A stretch of DNA of 25,931 nucleotides, from positions 1-25,931 of the forward strand of contig JADGIF010000055.1 in NCBI GenBank assembly GCA_018985225.1, read 5' to 3'. Below, piece by piece: positions 20,605 through 25,931 of the stretch. The position numbers were made by a program, and so were the translations under genes. Source of the DNA: Amoeboradix gromovi X-113 (lineage: Eukaryota > Fungi > Sanchytriomycota). Each line of letters begins with the position of its first letter. Position 1 is the first letter of the stretch. Below the pieces are notes generated by a model that saw nothing but the letters and a program-made list of their open reading frames with translations, was not told the DNA's origin and searched no databases.

Positions 20605-22830
20605 TTATAAAACGAATAAAAATTGTAAATCCTCCTCGGTAAGTTTCTGCTGCTGCACTTGCTGTTCATCTCCGATACACATTTCCGCCATTGCAGATTT
20701 TTTTTCCTGAAGTTGAATAATTCTGCTCTCAATGCTGTCTTGAATAATTAAGCGAATAATACGCAATGGCCTTGTTTGTCCAAGACGGTGAACTCTATCC
20801 ATTGCTTGATGCTCTACTGCACCATTCCACCATGGATCCAACAAAAACACCTGACTGGCTTCTGTCAAGTTTAATGCTACACCACCTGCCTTTAAAGATA
20901 TTAGAAAGACGTTTACACTGGGATCCGTGTTGAAAGTTTCTATTGCAGCAGCCCTTTTTTCCAAAGACATTGAACCATACAGCTTTGAGCATTTAAATCC
21001 TGCCCGATTTAAACGCCATTGACAAAGATCCAAAAAGTTAGTAAACTGGGAAAACACAATACTTTTAATGTTATGGTCGTTGTTAACAGAATGGGTGAGT
21101 TCTTCAACAAGCGCCTCAATTTTAGTAGAGCTGCGCCAAGTTTTCATATCAATTTTATTGATTATACTCTTTTTAAGGTATCCTACTTTGGTAGGATGCT
21201 TTGATGATTGCGTTACCTCTTTCTGTTCATTGTCTTCGAGCGCATCTTGTTCAAGATCTATTGTAAGCAGAACAAAGCAAGTAGGGCATTTAACGTTTTG
21301 AAAATCCAAATATTCAATGGCACACAACCTGCAAAACTTGTGTTTACACTTTGCGACAATACAGTCTTCTGCTTGGTCCGAGCAAATGCCACAAACATGC
21401 TGATCTTTAACCTGTTTATACTTCAAACTAACTAGATCTGGATGATTCGCAGCAAGTCTTAATCTGCTTATTAGCTCAAATATATTAGCGTAGTTGCTCA
21501 AAACTGTGTTTTCAGAAACGTATGTGTTGAATTGTCTCTTAGTTGCAGAATATAAGCTTTCATAAAAATCCAGTTCATGCAAGTTGAATTGATCTCGACG
21601 AACATAAACATTTTTGGGTGGCAAACCTAAGTCATCAGCACTTCCAATTTTAGTTCTTCTGATCATTATCTTAGATAGAAGAGACCTTAACCTTTGGAAT
21701 GCGACTTTGCCTTCACCAGCAGTCGTACCACCATTTGTAATTGGTTTTAGAATTTGAGTGTTCCAGAAGCTAAAATGCTGCATAGAGGAGTGAGAACACT
21801 GAGAGCATTTGTTAGATCCAACACATAGCCAGTTAATTGACTTGCAAGGGCATTTCTGACAAAAATAATAAGAAAAAGGGTCCGCTTTTAATACCCGAAC
21901 AAGACCGTAGAGATCGCCCACACGATTTTGAAGAGGGGTGCCTGTTAATGACCATTTGTAAGTAGCCGTCAAATTAAATACACTACGGGCTGTGTTTGTG
22001 CTTCTTTCTTTAAAGGCATGGGCCTCGTCAAACACAATTCTGTGCCAGTTGATTGAATGCAGGGGAGACGGCTCTTTTAGTTGAACACCATTTTTAGTAA
22101 AGCCAGATTGCTGTCTGCGATAATCTGCCTCTAACGTGTTGTAGCTAGTGATCAGTAAATTGTAATTTTCAAGATTCTCTATCACAGTTTTTCTGTACTG
22201 GCCATGATATATTACGGGACGCAATGCTCTCAGGTCTGTTTTGTTATTTATTTCACTCAGCCACTGCTTGACTGCAACAGCAGGACAAACAACAAGAGTC
22301 AAATCACCAACATCTGTCAATATAAGACTCAGAATAGAAAGAGTTTTGCCCATTCCCATTTCATCCGCTAATATACCACCAGAAAACATAGTATGTTCTT
22401 GTTTACGCATCCAATTTAGGCCATGTAGTTGGAAGTTCAATAGCTCAACGGTTAGGCCTGACGGTTGGCATAACAGCGGCTCAACGTGCTCTTGCGGTAC
22501 TATACCGTCCAGTGAATTCCAAATTTCAACTAATTCAGGGTGCTGTGCTTCTCTTTTCTCTTTGATTGTTTTCCTAGCTTTCGCTAGTCGTTGCGCTCTT
22601 TGCTCTGGGGTTGATCTTCTAGTTCTATTAGTCTGCCGAACTGGAACCGACGGTGGTACTATATCCTCAGCAACTTCTGTATCTGGATGTGCATCTTCAA
22701 CTGTAGAATTATCCGAAGCCGAGCTAGACACATTAAATACACTTAAACTGGAGCTATCGTCACCGCTACGCACAACATTCTTTTTTCTATTTCCTCCATC
22801 GTATTGCTGCTTTCTCTTTCGAAGTTGCAT
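20605..22830 (-). CDS. RAD16: Rad16 SNF2-family ATPase with RING finger (global-genome nucleotide excision repair)
   Basis: GGILADEMGMGKT, DEAH, LTGTPLQNRVG, Rad16-type insert PFSYYFCQKCPCK...CSH...HFSFWN, RING CGIC..CKHKFCRLC..CPTC, WRSSTKIEALVEEL, QAMDRVHRLGQ. Confidence 0.96.
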   Translation of the reverse strand: MQLRKRKQQYDGGNRKKNVVRSGDDSSSLSVFNVSSSASDNSTVEDAHPDTEVAEDIVPPSVPVRQTNRTRRSTPEQRAQRLAKARKTIKEKREAQHPELVEIWNSLDGIVPQEHVEPLLCQPSGLTVELLNFQLHGLNWMRKQEHTMFSGGILADEMGMGKTLSILSLILTDVGDLTLVVCPAVAVKQWLSEINNKTDLRALRPVIYHGQYRKTVIENLENYNLLITSYNTLEADYRRQQSGFTKNGVQLKEPSPLHSINWHRIVFDEAHAFKERSTNTARSVFNLTATYKWSLTGTPLQNRVGDLYGLVRVLKADPFSYYFCQKCPCKSINWLCVGSNKCSQCSHSSMQHFSFWNTQILKPITNGGTTAGEGKVAFQRLRSLLSKIMIRRTKIGSADDLGLPPKNVYVRRDQFNLHELDFYESLYSATKRQFNTYVSENTVLSNYANIFELISRLRLAANHPDLVSLKYKQVKDQHVCGICSDQAEDCIVAKCKHKFCRLCAIEYLDFQNVKCPTCFVLLTIDLEQDALEDNEQKEVTQSSKHPTKVGYLKKSIINKIDMKTWRSSTKIEALVEELTHSVNNDHNIKSIVFSQFTNFLDLCQWRLNRAGFKCSKLYGSMSLEKRAAAIETFNTDPSVNVFLISLKAGGVALNLTEASQVFLLDPWWNGAVEHQAMDRVHRLGQTRPLRIIRLIIQDSIESRIIQLQEKKSAMAEMCIGDEQQVQQQKLTEEDLQFLFVL

Positions 22831-22934
22831 GCGGAGAATCAGCTGGGGACACTACAAACTAAAAAAACATTTTAAAACAATTGTCTCAAATATGTAGCGC
22901 TAGACAATACAAGCAGGATAATTTTTTCTTACGA

Positions 22935-23260
22935 AGTTTTCTAGCTCGTCAGGTTGGCCTTCCAACATTGCTTGCTAGGCTTTCTGTGGCTAGTGGTTTA
23001 TAACTATACTCTCGCATACCTCGATCCCTGACAAACAATACGAGGTATACTAATGTAGCAGTGTGCTTTGAAAGATCACTGAGTACTGCTTTGTGCGCCA
23101 TGCTCCCAAGATAGCTGAGACACTTTTTAGATGTTCGGAGCTTAGTCATTACCAAGAACATTGTATTGTGTCAACCGCGATCATCAGCCTCTTGTTCATG
23201 GTTCTCAAATGGCCTTTCTGCTATGAATATTAGTACCATTGCCATCCTAGGTCACTTTTT
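22935..23260 (-). pseudogene. Probable Fanzor1-like nuclease remnant (C-terminal part, heavily decayed)
   Basis: Ordered motifs across frameshifts: DG..., KGHLRTMNKRL, LVMTKLRTSKKCLSY (cf. vvDEFRTSKxCxxC), FVRD (cf. WNRD), GRPT*RAR (cf. RPxxLxR). Confidence 0.5.
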
Positions 23261-23524
23261 ATCGCTTGGTTACGCCTTGCCGCCTTTCATCTTATTTTAT
23301 ATTTGCAGCCAGTACTTTTCTCACTGCAAACTATCTACAGAACACAACCAATTTTTAGCTTCTGAGCGTTGATAATGATCTGGTGTTAGTTTAATAGTCT
23401 GTTTAAAAATTATATATAGTTTTGTGTGCTCTTTTGTTGGGGTTGGATCAAATAATAGTTTTCTCTTTTTCTCCACAGCGCTATCAAATTTAGTTAAATA
23501 AACCCTTTATTGTGATTACGTGAA

Positions 23525-23995
23525 ATCTATCGCTCGAATTTACTCTATTCTAGAGCTTTCCAGCCGCAGAAATACTTGATGTTTTTATGTTATTCTATAA
23601 CAAGCCTAAGAAATCACAATTGACAAAATACCTGAAATTTAAATACATTAGCAGGATAAAGAATACACTTGTATTCATTCAGAAACCGGCACAAACATGA
23701 AATTATCGTCCGAATGTATGAAAAACAGTCGTAGAATGCAAGGAAGCACTTGTAAGGCGTGTACAAGGCACTCTATTCTAAGAAGAATCAGTTTTGAGAC
23801 ATAAGCATACAAAAACTCTCATTTGGAGACATATAGAGACCACAAGGCAGCATAGAACGTAGATTCAAAATATGTGCAATCCCATTACATTCCGCTCCAG
23901 GACAGTGGAAGTGTGAGTAAATATTCTATCGGAGCCAATGGCGTTGCTAGTTTCTCTGCGCAAATTCATTTTTTTCTGTAAATCGCGACTTTAAA
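23525..23995 (+). mobile_element. Decayed Fanzor2/TnpB-like element, copy 2; left limit approximate
   Basis: KTVVECKEA[frameshift]CKACTRHSILRRISFET*AYKNSHLETYRDHKAA*NVDSKY is colinear with copy 1. It shares TTGCTAGTTTCTCTG (23944-23958 = 20091-20105) and the AAATCnnGACTTTwAA end. Confidence 0.8.
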
Positions 23996-24096
23996 CTAGT
24001 CATATCAGATTGTCAAAAGATTTTTACATCCAAATATATTGACAACGAGAATCGAAGAAAAGTTAAGCATTGATTATAAAATATATGTTTATTCAG

Positions 24097-25710
24097 TTAC
24101 ATTTGCTGGGCCAACTCTTCTTTTTTAGTTAGCACATCATCAAGACTTTGATGTCTCAATAGTTCAGACATAACATCCTGGTCCACCGGCAATACAGATT
24201 TTCTGCGCATATGTCCAGCAGATGGTTTCTCCACCTAAATTACTATTACAAATACTTGTTGTATCTCACTTAGCATATCCATGACGTTTTCAATTGACTC
24301 GTTAGGATCCTCAACAGCTTGTAAATTGAGCTCCTCTAGTTGTTTAGTTGGGACATTCTGATGAAGATCAGATAGCATTTTATCCCATTTCTGCTCTCTG
24401 TCCAACTTGCACTGTCGGTCAGTTAAACTATGCTGTTTTAGTTGTTGTGTACAGTCCTCCAAAAGCTGAGGATTCATCTCCATAAATACCTTGAGAGTGT
24501 GAAGCACCTGCGAGTGAATGTTTTTATTCCAATGGCCCTTGGACGCTGTAATTAATGGACCTAAAATTATAGGAAGAATTCCAGTGAGATACTCTTGCAT
24601 CAGCTGAGAAATATATTCATTATTGAAAATTAGCAAAGCTCTTTCAGCTACCTGAAAGTGGGGTGAACTGATGCACTTGGCTAGCTGTCTAAAAACCTTG
24701 TCATAAATTTGACCAAAACACGCGGGTTCTAAAGTGTCCAGTAGCTCCTCTAGTTCATTCAAATACATGGTCTCCTTTGGTGAATTCGTCTTTGGCCATA
24801 GCCTTAACAGCTGTGTGAGGACAGCATCAGCTAGTTGCTGATCTTTTTCTAAAAACTGAACTACACAGTATGCCAATTGGGGGTGATATAGAGCAAGAGT
24901 TTTTGTTTTGTGAAGAGGTAAAAGAACCTTAAACAAAAAAGTTTTGTGCTCGTCCTTAAGAGGAAGCGCAAACCCATTTATGATGGAGCCAAGAATCTCC
25001 AAGAATTCTGCAATGCCGTTGTGACGCTCAACTTCATAAATAAATCTAAAAAAGATGTTATTCATCTGCTTTCTAATATAAGATCGCAAATGCAGAAACT
25101 TACCATAGATACGATGCAAAGTCGTTTTTAAAAAATCTCGTTCCCTTGGATCCTCACTGTCGAAAAGATCTAAAATGTTTCCAATAAAAGCGGTATCTAG
25201 ATACTTTTTGGCTATACTAGGGTTAAATTCAGCATTTTCAATGCATCTCAAGAAGCACTCGTAGACCAGCTGTAAATGAGGCCAAGCGGTCTCTAAAATT
25301 GGTTCATCTTCCTCAGGATCGAACGCTTCACCAGTAGGATTGACATGAGGAGGCAAGGTGCGGAATAAATTAACGCTGATCATTTCCAGCAAAGCAGGGT
25401 AAATCTGTTCATCAATCTGCTTTGTGGTACTAAACCAGTCCACCAATTCCACTAAAATCAGTCTCTTCAACTCTTTACCTGTTAAATCACTCATATCATT
25501 AAAATCAAACAGCACATGACATTGCTTAAGTTTCCTCAACACTAACGGGACCTGCTGCTGTTTTTCAACATCTTTAATATTAGGGAGCTTTTCAATATAC
25601 TTATCAGCACTAGGTATAATTCGCGAAGACTTTGATTTTTTATCGCTTTTGGTGGAGTTCTTTCTTATAATTTTTTTCTGTTGAGAAAGCTTATTTTTGA
25701 TTGATTTCAT
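24097..25710 (-). CDS. RTS1: PP2A regulatory subunit B'/B56 (Rts1/Par1 family), 2 exons (25710-24256, 24234-24097), about 530 aa
   Basis: [81 protein letters not shown]. Exon 2 encodes the B56 tail motif [20 protein letters not shown]. Confidence 0.96.
24235..24255 (-). other. 21-nt spliceosomal intron GTATTTGTAATAGTAATTTAG
   Basis: Ends in an in-frame TAG. Removal adds 45 codons containing the conserved RRKS-x-LP-x-D motif. Confidence 0.88.
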
Positions 25711-25763
25711 ATTTACTTGAGAAAAATCAATGTTTCAACTTTTGTGGCTTAAAATTAACAAAT

Positions 25764-25791
25764 GAGACATGCTCTACAAAAACTAGACAAA
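25764..25791 (+). repeat. Fourth, more diverged copy of the TIR-like repeat
   Basis: GAGACATGCTCTACAAAAACTAGACAAA is 21/28 identical to 20173-20200 without gaps. Confidence 0.5.
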
Positions 25792-25931
25792 ACAATTTGT
25801 ATCCAAATTTCAAAAATAAACAGTCTGTATAGCTATTCTTTTGCCCTTTCATCCAGTCTTTATTTTAGAATTGCAGGATAACTACTGACTTTATGATTTC
25901 AAATACAATTCAATCAGAGTTGAAAGAAGAG

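Noticed and set aside
24235-24237. TAG/TAA reassigned to Gln (as in Amoeboaphelidium) or stop readthrough, to explain split ORFs
   Set aside because: Four of the six breaks change frame and all six fit one intron consensus. Conserved genes are long ORFs in the standard code and end at TAA/TAG where expected.
590-25131. Numerous short or antisense ORFs in the track (e.g. 5769..6404, 16396..16776, 22241..22897, 7043..7384)
   Set aside because: Most lie antisense to, and the rest overlap, well-supported genes. They often start at TTG/GTG and have no recognisable motifs.
1-25931. CRISPR arrays, tRNA or rRNA genes
   Set aside because: I saw no regularly spaced repeats and no cloverleaf or rRNA signatures.

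Overview
Gene-dense, AT-rich eukaryotic DNA read in the standard genetic code. It is most likely from an early-diverging, zoospore-related fungal (holomycotan) lineage with a reduced genome; this is an inference from the fungal-type PMT4, Rad16 and 161-aa tropomyosin plus a CatSper4-like channel. I find 14 protein genes: choline/ethanolamine kinase, an unknown protein, an LRR protein, a homeodomain TF, a histone-fold/coiled-coil protein, a CatSper4-like channel, a PPP1R37/Gip3-like LRR protein, two tandem tropomyosins, CRM1, an ankyrin protein, PMT4, Rad16 and PP2A B56. Two main results go beyond the ORF track. (1) Six genes are interrupted by ultrashort 19-21 nt GT-AG introns with a putative branch A fixed at -6 from the 3' end. 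Removing each intron restores the frame, and in CRM1, PMT4 and B56 it restores recognisable conserved sequence. (2) The large intergenic gaps around Rad16 hold decayed RNA-guided-nuclease elements. These are two homologous copies of a Fanzor2/TnpB-like element that share a hairpin-rich 3' non-coding segment (candidate omegaRNA) with a sharp right boundary, and a probable Fanzor1-like remnant. A separate 28-nt TIR-like repeat occurs four times in intergenic DNA. All assignments come from reading motifs by eye; no database search was run.
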